From positions 53,092-117,091 of the forward strand of contig DASCPX010000193.1 in the NCBI GenBank assembly GCA_036012755.1: a stretch of DNA of 64,000 bases. The letters run 5' to 3'. Below the pieces are notes generated by a model, which worked only from the letters and a program-made list of their open reading frames with translations, did no database searches and was not told the DNA's origin. The translations under genes were made by a program, and so were the position numbers. This DNA is from Myxococcota bacterium (GTDB lineage Bacteria; Myxococcota_A; UBA796; CAJQPC01). This document shows, in pieces, positions 9,101 through 18,323 of this stretch. Every line of letters starts with the position of its first letter. Within the stretch, counting starts at the first letter, position 1.

Positions 9101-11080
9101 GTGCTGACGCTCCTTGCCGCGTGCGCTTCCGATCCGCCACCCGTGGCGTTGACCGAGGTGCCCATCGAGCACGCCCCGATCGTGCTCGTCACCCTGGACA
9201 CGACCCGCGCGGACCGGATCGGCGCCTATGGCCATGTGGCGGCTCGGACCCCGAACCTCGACGCGCTGGCCGCCAGGGGGACGCGCTTCTCCTCGGCCTG
9301 GGCGCCCGTACCGCTGACGATCCCCAGCCACTCGACGATCCTCACGGGCCTGCTCCCTCCACGCCACGGCGTCCGGGACAACGGCGACCACCGGCTCAGC
9401 GAGGACGCCACGACCCTCGCCGAGCACTTCGCCGCCGACGGCAGGCGCACCGCCGCGAGCGTGGGCGCCTTCGTGACCCAGTCACACTGGGGCTTCGGCC
9501 AGGGCTTCGATGTCTACGACGAGTCCCTCCACGTGGCCTCCGAGTCCCTGAGCTGGCACGTCGAGCGCCCAGCCAACGAGGTCGTGGCCGCGGCCGACAC
9601 CAGCGCCGACTTCCTCTGGGTGCACCTCTTCGACGCCCACGCCCCCTACCTCCCCGATCCGGCCTTCGAGGACCCCTACGACGCCGAGATCCACCGCCTC
9701 GATGTCGCCCTCGGTGTCCTGTTGTCGACCCTGCCGGCGGACGCCACCGTCGTGGTGGTCGGTGACCACGGAGAGGGCTTCGGCGAAGGCGGAGAGGACG
9801 CCCACGGCCTGCTGTTGGAGGACGGGGTCCTGCGCGTCCCCCTCATCGTCGCGGGGCCGGGCGTGCCCGTCGGCGTCGTCGAGCGACCGGTCTCCCTCGC
9901 CGACATCAGCCCGACGATCCTCCGCCTCGCCGGGCTGCCGGCGCCTGGCGACCTCGATGGCCGCGATCTCTTCGACGAGAGCGAGCGGATCGGCGTCTAC
10001 AGCGAGACCCGCTATGGCCACCACCACTTCGGCTGGACCCCGCTGGAGCGCTTGACGGCAGACAGCTCGAAGCTGGTGCGCGGCGCCCGCCTGGAGGGTG
10101 ACGAGACCCTGCTGGCAGAGCTCGACCGCCTCTCGTCGCTGCCGCCGGCCTTTGCCGCGGCCGAGGCGACCCTGGACCCGAGCACCGTCGAGCAGCTCCA
10201 AGCCCTGGGCTACCTCTCGGAGGGCGGCTCCGGCGCTCACTCGGGCATCGATCCGCGCGACGGCATCGAGCAGATCGCCAAGCTCGCCGCGCTCCGGGAG
10301 CTCCCCCCTGCAGAAGCCCTCGAGGCGATGGCGGTCCTGCTTGCGGAGAACCCCGGCTGGCGTGACCTGCGCATGCGCCGCGGCTTGTCGCTCGCCCGAC
10401 TGGGCAGGACCGACGAGGCCCTGGCCGAGCTCACAGACGCCTACCGGGACGGCCCGGGCAGCACGACCGCCGTCACCATCGGGGAGCTCTGGCTGCGGCA
10501 GGGGGACCCCGCCGAGGCCCTCGGCTGGTTCCTCGAGGCCCTCACCATCGATCCTCGCTCGGCGACCGCTCGAGCGGGCCAGGCACAGTGCCTGGCCATG
10601 TCGGGACAGCTCGACGCGGCTCAGGCCGTGATCGACGAGGGCCTCGCCGAGACCCCGGACCACGCCGACCTGCTGCTCGCCGGAGCTGTCCTCGCTCTCG
10701 CCACGCACCAAGGCGAAGAGGACTGGATCGAGGCGGTCGAGGACATCGTCGCCCGCCGGCCGACCCAGGCCCGGCTGAACCACGTGCTGGGCTCGCTACA
10801 CCTCCGCGCGGGTCACCCCGAGGAGGCCGAGCAGGCATTCGAGCAGGAGCTGCGGATGCAGCCTGGGAACGTCGCCGCTCGCCTCGACCTCGTGCGCCTC
10901 TACCAGGAACAGGGCCGGCTCGTCGACGTGGTGAAGGCCCTGCGACCGCTCGTCGCGCTGCAGCCAGAGGAGCCCGTGTGGCAGGCCATGACCGCCAGCG
11001 CCTACCTGGAAATGGGTCGAGCCGGCCTCGCCAAGGAGCACCTCCTGGCCTGCGCAGGCCATCCGGCCTGCCCCGAGTAG
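9101..11080 (+). CDS. sulfatase-like (alkaline phosphatase superfamily) lipoprotein with C-terminal TPR repeats
   Basis: LDTTRAD, PLTIPSHSTILTG, HLFDAH, GDHGE, then TPR-like helices. The real start is likely GTG 9101 (MLTLLAAC); the upstream part of the 1080-aa ORF is antisense to real genes. Confidence 0.85.
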   Translation: MLTLLAACASDPPPVALTEVPIEHAPIVLVTLDTTRADRIGAYGHVAARTPNLDALAARGTRFSSAWAPVPLTIPSHSTILTGLLPPRHGVRDNGDHRLSEDATTLAEHFAADGRRTAASVGAFVTQSHWGFGQGFDVYDESLHVASESLSWHVERPANEVVAAADTSADFLWVHLFDAHAPYLPDPAFEDPYDAEIHRLDVALGVLLSTLPADATVVVVGDHGEGFGEGGEDAHGLLLEDGVLRVPLIVAGPGVPVGVVERPVSLADISPTILRLAGLPAPGDLDGRDLFDESERIGVYSETRYGHHHFGWTPLERLTADSSKLVRGARLEGDETLLAELDRLSSLPPAFAAAEATLDPSTVEQLQALGYLSEGGSGAHSGIDPRDGIEQIAKLAALRELPPAEALEAMAVLLAENPGWRDLRMRRGLSLARLGRTDEALAELTDAYRDGPGSTTAVTIGELWLRQGDPAEALGWFLEALTIDPRSATARAGQAQCLAMSGQLDAAQAVIDEGLAETPDHADLLLAGAVLALATHQGEEDWIEAVEDIVARRPTQARLNHVLGSLHLRAGHPEEAEQAFEQELRMQPGNVAARLDLVRLYQEQGRLVDVVKALRPLVALQPEEPVWQAMTASAYLEMGRAGLAKEHLLACAGHPACPE

Positions 11081-11083
11081 GAT
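11078..11083 (+). promoter_or_regulatory. putative -10 box TAGGAT, leaderless-type, overlapping TAG stop
   Basis: 7 nt upstream of ATG 11091. Confidence 0.5.
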
Positions 11084-11090
11084 CCCGACG

Positions 11091-12278
11091 ATGGCGGACC
11101 CGAGACCCTGCCCCGGCTGCAAGCGACCGAACGCACCGCATCGGCGGACCTGCCTGTACTGCGGGCACGTGATGCCCAACCCGACCGCGCCGCCGTCTGC
11201 GAAGCGGCGGGACGTCCCGAAGAACCTCGACGCGATCTTTCGGCGAGCGATGAATCGGGGCAGCACCTCCGAGCTGAAGCAGGTCCTGGAGGACATCGAG
11301 GAGGTCGAAGTCGCCGCCCCGAGCCCCGACGACGCGCCGACGGACCCGCCTGGCGCGCTGGTGCAGAAGGAGGCGACGCCGGAGCACGAGACGACCCCAG
11401 AGGAGCTCGTCGACAGCGCCCGTTTTGAGCTCGGCGACTGGGAGGAGGACCCCGGCGGCGCCCTCCAGCGTGTCAACGCCGCCCGCACGGCGCTCCAGCG
11501 CCTCGCGAAGATCCTGGAGGCCACGCCAAGGCCTCCAGAGGTGCTCCTGCCCCCCTTCCGCCAGGCCTTCGCGCTCCTGGTCGAGACCTCCGGCGAACAG
11601 GGCGAACAGGGAGCCGTGGCGGACGCCCTGGAGCTGGATCTCCCGACCGCGCGCATGGTGGCGCTCTCCAAGCACCCGCGGGTCGCCAGGAGAGGAAACT
11701 GCCGCGCCGAGCTGGAGCGCTTCGCCGAGCGCTGGAGAGCCGGACTCGCCCGCGCCGCGCTGGTCTTCGACGAGGAGACCCTGAGGGCCCAACCGATGGC
11801 TCGCACGGCGCTGGAGCTACCGGCGGAGGGTCCCTGGACGGCCTCTGGGGGAGCCCTGTGGCTGGACCCGGAGGGCCCCAAGCGCCCCCGTGACATCGAA
11901 CCCTTCGAGGTGCGCCTGCTCGTCAGCGGCGAGGTCGTGATCAAGCGCTTCCGGATCAAGCGAGACAAGCGCGGGAACAAGGAGCTCTCGCCGAGCTCGG
12001 AGAGGCGCCTCACGGTCCTCGATCTGCACGGCGACGCCTGCGTCCTCCGGGTGGTCGAGGGGCTCACCAGGCTCACCGGCTGGGGGCTCGAGGGCCTCTC
12101 CCATCGCCAGGAGCTCAAGAGCCTCACCGAGCGGCTCGGCGACGCCGCGGAGGTGCTCGTCGCCAAGCGCATCTGCCAGCCGACCCGGAAGCCCGAAGAG
12201 GCCGAGGGCTGGGCCGAGGCTGCGGGCTGGCCCGCGTGGGAGGAACACAGCCGCGCCTGCCGACTCCTCTTCGGTTAG
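11091..12278 (+). CDS. hypothetical protein with N-terminal zinc ribbon
   Basis: CPGC...CLYC at the N-terminus; GC3-biased codon usage. Confidence 0.7.
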   Translation: MADPRPCPGCKRPNAPHRRTCLYCGHVMPNPTAPPSAKRRDVPKNLDAIFRRAMNRGSTSELKQVLEDIEEVEVAAPSPDDAPTDPPGALVQKEATPEHETTPEELVDSARFELGDWEEDPGGALQRVNAARTALQRLAKILEATPRPPEVLLPPFRQAFALLVETSGEQGEQGAVADALELDLPTARMVALSKHPRVARRGNCRAELERFAERWRAGLARAALVFDEETLRAQPMARTALELPAEGPWTASGGALWLDPEGPKRPRDIEPFEVRLLVSGEVVIKRFRIKRDKRGNKELSPSSERRLTVLDLHGDACVLRVVEGLTRLTGWGLEGLSHRQELKSLTERLGDAAEVLVAKRICQPTRKPEEAEGWAEAAGWPAWEEHSRACRLLFG

Positions 12279-12281
12279 ACC
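12276..12281 (+). promoter_or_regulatory. possible -10 box TAGACC overlapping TAG stop
   Basis: 6 nt upstream of ATG 12288; the last base deviates from TANNNT. Confidence 0.35.
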
Positions 12282-12287
12282 CCCGGC

Positions 12288-13199
12288 ATGCTGCTGCTCC
12301 TCTTCGCCTGCCCCTCTCCCAAGCCTGACGACTCCCAGGACTCAGCCGTCGAGGCCGACGCGGACACCGACGCCGACACGGACACCGACACGGACTCGGA
12401 CGCCGACGCGGACTCGGACGCCGACACGGACTCGGACACCGACACGGACACCGGGCCCTTCCACGAGACCGACTGCTTCGACGAGGTCGACAACGACGCC
12501 GACGGTCTGCTCGACTGCGAGGACGACGACTGTGTCGATGTCTGCATCGAAGACTGCGACAACGAGATCGACGACGACGGAGACGGAGACATCGACTGCG
12601 ACGACGACGAGTGCGTCGGTGACGAGGCCTGCGACTACCGCGCCTTCGACGTCACGCTGCGCTACGACCTCGAGCGCGTGGTCGCGGTCTGGGGCCCGCT
12701 GGTGCCCTACTACTACGACGAGTACACGATCGGCCTCGGCTACGGGACCTTCAAGATCCAGGGCACGTCACCAGACCCGGACACGGCGGACACCGCGGAC
12801 GAGAGCTACAGCTTCTCCTGTCGTGGGACCCTACGAGTCATATCGGATGGCATCGGCTACGACTCCGGGTACTACAGCGGGTATGCCGGGCTGTCGGAGG
12901 ACACGGGCTACTGCGCCGGCTGCGACGCGATGCTGAACCTCGATCCCGCGCTGGGCATGACGAACTTCATCGGCGACTGCCCGGTCAGCGTCCTGCCCAC
13001 CAGCCAGTGGGCCTTCTTCCAAGGGGAGCGCTCCTTCTGGAACGACGTCAGCGGCAGCTGGCAGGAGCAGTACCGTAGCAAGCTGTCCGGCGTCATCTGG
13101 GACGGCGACCCAGGCTACTACTACTACGGGGAATTCCAATACCCGCAGATGCTCACCGCCCAGACCTGGACCGGGGACTACCTCCCCTCCGATCTCTGA
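12288..13199 (+). CDS. Asp-rich, Cys-repeat lipoprotein
   Basis: MLLLLFAC, (DA/DT/DS)n tether, two C-x-D/N-x-x-D-N/D-D-x-DG-x-x-DC-x-D-x-D/E-C repeats. Confidence 0.8.
   Translation: MLLLLFACPSPKPDDSQDSAVEADADTDADTDTDTDSDADADSDADTDSDTDTDTGPFHETDCFDEVDNDADGLLDCEDDDCVDVCIEDCDNEIDDDGDGDIDCDDDECVGDEACDYRAFDVTLRYDLERVVAVWGPLVPYYYDEYTIGLGYGTFKIQGTSPDPDTADTADESYSFSCRGTLRVISDGIGYDSGYYSGYAGLSEDTGYCAGCDAMLNLDPALGMTNFIGDCPVSVLPTSQWAFFQGERSFWNDVSGSWQEQYRSKLSGVIWDGDPGYYYYGEFQYPQMLTAQTWTGDYLPSDL
12354..12452 (+). repeat. 6-bp coding microsatellite encoding (DA/DT/DS)n
   Basis: gacgcg/gacacc/gacacg/gactcg tandem units. Confidence 0.85.
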
Positions 13200-13208
13200 G
13201 TCGATCGC

Positions 13209-15473
13209 GTGTTCCGCGCGCTCGCCCGCCTGGTCCTCGGTCACCGCGTCCTCTCGACGTTGGTGCTGGCCGCCGTCATCGCGGTCTTCGCCGTGGGCGC
13301 GGTCGGGCTGACCGTCGACTTCTCCGCGAAGGCCTTCTACGGCACGGACAGCCCCGAGCTGGACCTGATGGAGGAGCACCAGGGCCGCTTCGGGTCCCAG
13401 GAGAACACCCTGTTGGTCCTGGTGGACGGCGGCGGAGAGACCGTGCTCACCCGAGAGCGCATCGCGGCCCTCGCGGCTCTCGGCGAGGATCTCGGCCAGA
13501 GCCCCCTGACCACAGAGGTGCGCTCGCTGGCCGACCTCACGCGGGTGTCGAGACCAGCCCCCGGCATCGTGCTCCCGGTCCCGATGATCAACGCCATCCC
13601 AAAGGACGAGGGCCGCGCCGAGGCCTGGCGGGCCGAGATCGCCAGCGACGTGAGCCTCACCCCGAGGCTGATCAGCGAAGACGGAGTCCACACGGCGATG
13701 CTCGTGGAGCTCTCTGTCGACGGCGACGACATCGACGGCGTGCGCAGCGCCGTCGTCGAGCTCGACGAGACCGTCGAGGCCCACGAAGGCAGGGCGGGCC
13801 TCAGCTTCCAGACAGCCGGCATCCCAGCGGTCCGGGGCGGCCTGATGGACGTCATCATCCGCGACCAGGTCTTCTTCGTCACCGTCAGCATGGTGCTGAT
13901 CGCCATCATCCTGATCCTGCTCTTCCGCAGCGCCCACGGCCTGACCATCCCGCTCGTCGCCGCCATCGTGCCGGCGATGATGCTCTTCGGCCTGATGGGC
14001 TGGACAGACGAGCCGGTGGGGCTCATCAACAACGCCTTCGCCACGCTCCTGCCCGTCATCGCGGTCGCTGACGCGATCCACATGGTGACCCGCTTCCACG
14101 AGGAGAGGCGGAAGCTGGCCACCCCCGGCCAGGGGCTGACGAAGGCCCAGCGCAAGCAGGCGGTCATCAGGGCCATGGGCGCCATCGGCGCGGCCTGCCT
14201 CTTGACCTCGCTGACGACCGCGGTCGGCTTCCTGAGCCTGAACCTCGCGTCGATGCGAATCCTGAAGAACTTCGGCCTCTACGCCGCAGCAGGCATCGGC
14301 TTCGCCTACTTCACGGTGCTGCTCATCGTGCCCCTGTGCCTGAGCCTGGTGAAGAGCCCGGTCCGCCAGGAGCACGGAGCCGGCCGCATCGATCTGGGGC
14401 TCTCCGCGTGCGCGCGCTTCGCCACCTCTCGACCGAAGCTGACCCTGGGGATCACCGCCGTGGTGGTCGCCGTCTTCACCGGCTTCGGAACGCAGGTCGA
14501 GGTCGACAACTGGCTCACGGGCATCCTGCCTCCCGAGAACCCGGTGACCCTCGCCAACGGCGTGCTCGACGAGCAGCTCGCGGGCATCATCGCCGTCGAG
14601 TACGCCCTGGAAGGCGACCTCCGCAGCCCGGACGGCCTCGAAGCCCTCTCCGAGGTCGCCAAGGACGTGCGCACCCTGCCAGAGGTCCGCGCCGTAGAGA
14701 GCCCGGCCAGCGTGGTGATGGGCGCCAGCGTGCTCTTCGGAGGTCCGCCGGCGATCCCCGGTGACCAGGCCTTCGTCGAGCGCATCTTCAGAGAGGCAGA
14801 CGAGGCCACCCGCGAGGTCCTCGTCGGCGAGCACGGAAGGCTCATCGTGCGCACCCGGGATGTCGGGGCCAACGCCTTCGCCGTGCTCCAGGAGGAGATC
14901 AACGACAAGGTGATCGCGCCCTTGTCAGAGGCAGGCATCAAGGCCCGGATCACGGGCAGCGCGGTAGTCGCCTACGCCGGTGTCAACGCGGTCACGACCG
15001 ACCTCCGCAACAGCCTCGGCTTCGCCTTCGTCGTCATCGCCGTCGTGATCACCCTCTTGTTCCGCTCGCTGAGGACCGGCCTCATCTCGCTCGTCCCCAA
15101 CGCCCTGCCGCTGGTCGTCGGCTACGGGACCCTGGGCCTGATGGGCTGGGACCTCGACCCCGGTCCAGCCATCGTCTTCACCGTGGCGCTCGGCATCGCG
15201 GTCGACGACTCGATCCACTTCCTCGCTCGCTTCCGCGAGGAGCGGGGAGAGGGTCGAGCCTGGACCGAGAGCATCCACAGGTCGGTACGCCACGCTGGAC
15301 GCGCGGTCTTCGTGACGACGGTGATCCTCTGCCTCGGCTTCGGCATCAACGTGTTCTCGAGCTTCCCGAGCAACCGCATCTTCGGAGCCGTGGGGGCCAT
15401 CGTGATCTTCACCGCGCTGTTGTGCGACCTCTTCGTCCTGCCCGCCCTCCTGCAGATCACGCGCCCACGGTAG
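13209..15473 (+). CDS. MMPL/RND family transporter
   Basis: Two repeats of TM + periplasmic domain + TM bundle; IAVADAIH and GIAVDDSIH motifs. Confidence 0.92.
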   Translation: MFRALARLVLGHRVLSTLVLAAVIAVFAVGAVGLTVDFSAKAFYGTDSPELDLMEEHQGRFGSQENTLLVLVDGGGETVLTRERIAALAALGEDLGQSPLTTEVRSLADLTRVSRPAPGIVLPVPMINAIPKDEGRAEAWRAEIASDVSLTPRLISEDGVHTAMLVELSVDGDDIDGVRSAVVELDETVEAHEGRAGLSFQTAGIPAVRGGLMDVIIRDQVFFVTVSMVLIAIILILLFRSAHGLTIPLVAAIVPAMMLFGLMGWTDEPVGLINNAFATLLPVIAVADAIHMVTRFHEERRKLATPGQGLTKAQRKQAVIRAMGAIGAACLLTSLTTAVGFLSLNLASMRILKNFGLYAAAGIGFAYFTVLLIVPLCLSLVKSPVRQEHGAGRIDLGLSACARFATSRPKLTLGITAVVVAVFTGFGTQVEVDNWLTGILPPENPVTLANGVLDEQLAGIIAVEYALEGDLRSPDGLEALSEVAKDVRTLPEVRAVESPASVVMGASVLFGGPPAIPGDQAFVERIFREADEATREVLVGEHGRLIVRTRDVGANAFAVLQEEINDKVIAPLSEAGIKARITGSAVVAYAGVNAVTTDLRNSLGFAFVVIAVVITLLFRSLRTGLISLVPNALPLVVGYGTLGLMGWDLDPGPAIVFTVALGIAVDDSIHFLARFREERGEGRAWTESIHRSVRHAGRAVFVTTVILCLGFGINVFSSFPSNRIFGAVGAIVIFTALLCDLFVLPALLQITRPR

Positions 15474-15476
15474 GAT
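15471..15476 (+). promoter_or_regulatory. putative -10 box TAGGAT, leaderless-type, overlapping TAG stop
   Basis: 7 nt upstream of ATG 15484. Confidence 0.5.
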
Positions 15477-15483
15477 GCCCGCG

Positions 15484-16395
15484 ATGGGGCTCCTCAGACG
15501 AGATGGAGACGAGCAGACCCTGCCAGCCCGATGCGTCCTGGGCCGGTCGGCCAACGCCTCGATCCGCCTCGACGACCCGCGGGTCAGCAGCGAGCACGCA
15601 CGCATCACCTGGACCGGTCGCACCTGGGAGATCCGAGACCTCGGCAGCACAAACGGCACATGGGTCGACGGCAAGCGCCTGGAAGCCGGGGGCCAGGCCA
15701 GCCTCTACCAGGGCGTCACCCTTGGCTTCGCCGATCCCACTTGCCCCTGGCAGCTGGCGGACGCGACCGGTCCCCTCGCCTGCGCGCGGAACCTCGTCGA
15801 GGGCACCCTCCACAGCGCCGAGGACGGGCTCCTGGGCCTCCCGCCGGGTAACGAGCCACGCCTCGTGGTCTACGAAGACACCGACGGACGCTGGGTCGGC
15901 GAGCACGACGGCGAGCCGGGATTCGTCGAGGACGGCAGCATCGTCGTGGTGGCGGGCAGCAGCTGGTGCCTCCACCTGCCCACCGCGAACGACCTCACGA
16001 TCGACTTCTCGAACGCCCCGCTGCGCCTCGATCAGCTCCAGCTCAGCTTCGCCGTGAGCTCGGACGAAGAGGACGTCCGCATGAGCGTCGTGCACGCCCG
16101 CGGCCGCGAAGCCCTCAAGTCACGGGTCCACCACTACCTCCTGCTGGTGCTCGCCCGACACCGCATCGAGGACGCCAAGGACGGCGTGGAGACCGGTGAA
16201 CAGGGCTGGGTCTACGGCGACGATCTCTCGCGCATGCTGCGGATCGAGGAGGAGCGCCTGAACGTCCAGATCTTCCGGGCACGAAAGGAGCTCGGTGAGC
16301 TCGGCGTGGCCGGCGCCGCGGGACTCATCGAGCGGCGGAAGGGCAGCAGGAAGCTGCGCATCGGTGTGCGGGAGCTCTCGGTCGAGAGCATGTAG
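15484..16395 (+). CDS. FHA domain protein with C-terminal winged-helix-like region
   Basis: GR...SSEHA...DLGSTNGTWV (FHA); C-terminal LNVQIFRARKEL. Alternative start at 15475. Confidence 0.85.
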   Translation: MGLLRRDGDEQTLPARCVLGRSANASIRLDDPRVSSEHARITWTGRTWEIRDLGSTNGTWVDGKRLEAGGQASLYQGVTLGFADPTCPWQLADATGPLACARNLVEGTLHSAEDGLLGLPPGNEPRLVVYEDTDGRWVGEHDGEPGFVEDGSIVVVAGSSWCLHLPTANDLTIDFSNAPLRLDQLQLSFAVSSDEEDVRMSVVHARGREALKSRVHHYLLLVLARHRIEDAKDGVETGEQGWVYGDDLSRMLRIEEERLNVQIFRARKELGELGVAGAAGLIERRKGSRKLRIGVRELSVESM

Positions 16396-18288
16396 TCACT
16401 CGGTGACGCAGCTCTTGTTCCCGGAGCTGCAGCGAAGGTGCAGCGTCTCCCCGGTCTTCACCTCGACGGAGGGTCCGGGCACGGTGTAGCCACCCGGGAA
16501 GCTGGGGAAGAGCTGGTAGGTGCCTGCTGGCAGATCCGCGCCGCCGGAGACCCGCGTCGATCCGCCCGGCCCCCTGAGCGTGACGAACTCCGCGTCGCCG
16601 TGGATCTCGATGCGCCCGAGGGTCGCCGGGGCCTCCTCCGGGGAGGTCTCGACCGACTCCTGGGGAGGCCGGGAGACCGCTCCACCGGTGCCAGGGCGCT
16701 CCTCGGCCGGCCGTGCCTCGATGTCCTCGATGACATCCTGGACGGAGTCCGAGGGGTTCCCGTCCGGAGGCAGGGCTACCGGGATCTCCTCCACGATGTC
16801 GCCCTCTTCCACCTCTCCGAACTCGACCTCGGGGGTGCGCGGCTCGTCCTCGCCGACCTGCTCCATCACCTCCTGGAGGGTCGGCCGGACCTCCGGCTCC
16901 GCCTTCTCCTGACCCCACCAGGCGACCAGGCCAATCCCCACCAAGAGCGTCATCACGACCACGCCGATCCCGAGGAGCATCATCGGGGCTCGACTCGGCG
17001 TCTCCGCCTGCTCGACCATCGGGCGAGGGGCGGTGGCGAGCTCGCTCGGTCGCTCCGCGCTGGGTTCCTCGAGCGGCTCCACGCCAGCTTCCTCGGGCGG
17101 CCCCACGCCAGGTTCATCGGGCGACTCCTCGGCGGTCTCCGCCGCAGGCTCCTCGTCGAGATCCTCTTCGAGCTCTTCGACGACCTCTTCAGCGGTCGGC
17201 TTCGGGCGCTCGTCAGTAGGCAGCGGCGCCATCTCGGGGATGGTCAGCTCTGGTTCGGAGGTGACAGGCAGGAGCCCGTGCTCATCGACGAAGTCATCCA
17301 CCGGACCGGCCATCGACTCCGCCGAGAGGTTCTCGGTCAGGACCCGACCGCACATGCTGTCGGCCTCGACCTCCCTGCCCGCGCGGACGAGCTCGCCGAC
17401 CACCTTCTCTGCCCAGTCGGCCAGCGTAGGCCCGGACGCCCGGTGGCGGAGGGCCTCTATGCGGGTGGCGAGATCACGCGGCGCCGGCCGGTCCTCGCCT
17501 TCGTAGGCCAGGGCCTCGCCGAGGATCGGCAGGATGTCCTCGCGCATGTCGGGGGCGACAGACTCCCAGGCATCGTGCAGGCCATCACGGAGCTTGACGC
17601 GATGCTGGCGGCGGCTGGGGCGCGTGCGCCCGAAGCGCTTGCCCACGAAGAGCTCGTACAGGACGCAGCCAAGGGCGTAGACGTCGCCCGCCGGGGTGTC
17701 CTCGAAGCCATAGCGCTCTGGGGCGAGGTAGGGCAGCGAGCCCATCACGTAGGCCTGCTGGGTCTCGGCCTCGCGGCTCTCGACGTTCGCTCGAGCGACA
17801 CCGAAGTCCAGGAGCTTCACGGCCCCACCCTCGGTCAGCAGGATGTTGGCGGGCTTCACGTCCCGGTGGACGAGGGCCAGCTTGGAGCCGTCGGGGCCGG
17901 TGGCCTTCGACACCGCGTGCAAGGTGCGGGCGACGCCGGAGACGATGTCCAGCGAGACGCTGGCTGGCGGCGGGCCAACCGAGCGCACGATGCGCGAGCA
18001 GTCGACGCCACGGACCAGCTCCATGACCATGGTCCAGCGGCCGTCGAGCTGGAGCAGGTCGTCGACGCGCACGATGCCGAAGTGGTTGAGGTTCGACAGG
18101 ATCCGCGCCTCGTCACGCAAGCGCTTCGCTGCGTCCTCGTTCGACGCCGCGTTCTCGTTCAGGACCTTCAGCGCGACTTCGCGCCTCAAGCCCGTGACCG
18201 TGAGCACCTCGGCCCGGTAGACGGTGCCGAAGCCACCGGATCCCAGCACCTCGAGGATGCGGTAGCGTCGGCCCTGTGCGGGTTGCAT
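16396..18288 (-). CDS. membrane Ser/Thr protein kinase
   Basis: GSGGFG, VALK, HRDVKPAN, DFG, APE; acidic linker, one TM helix, small extracellular domain. Confidence 0.95.
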   Translation of the reverse strand: MQPAQGRRYRILEVLGSGGFGTVYRAEVLTVTGLRREVALKVLNENAASNEDAAKRLRDEARILSNLNHFGIVRVDDLLQLDGRWTMVMELVRGVDCSRIVRSVGPPPASVSLDIVSGVARTLHAVSKATGPDGSKLALVHRDVKPANILLTEGGAVKLLDFGVARANVESREAETQQAYVMGSLPYLAPERYGFEDTPAGDVYALGCVLYELFVGKRFGRTRPSRRQHRVKLRDGLHDAWESVAPDMREDILPILGEALAYEGEDRPAPRDLATRIEALRHRASGPTLADWAEKVVGELVRAGREVEADSMCGRVLTENLSAESMAGPVDDFVDEHGLLPVTSEPELTIPEMAPLPTDERPKPTAEEVVEELEEDLDEEPAAETAEESPDEPGVGPPEEAGVEPLEEPSAERPSELATAPRPMVEQAETPSRAPMMLLGIGVVVMTLLVGIGLVAWWGQEKAEPEVRPTLQEVMEQVGEDEPRTPEVEFGEVEEGDIVEEIPVALPPDGNPSDSVQDVIEDIEARPAEERPGTGGAVSRPPQESVETSPEEAPATLGRIEIHGDAEFVTLRGPGGSTRVSGGADLPAGTYQLFPSFPGGYTVPGPSVEVKTGETLHLRCSSGNKSCVTE

Positions 18289-18295
18289 CCCGCGG

Positions 18296-18301
18296 AGGAT
18301 A
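18296..18301 (-). promoter_or_regulatory. putative -10 box TATCCT, leaderless-type
   Basis: 7 nt upstream of ATG 18288. Confidence 0.5.
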
Positions 18302-18323
18302 TCCCAAAAACAGGAGCCCCCGA

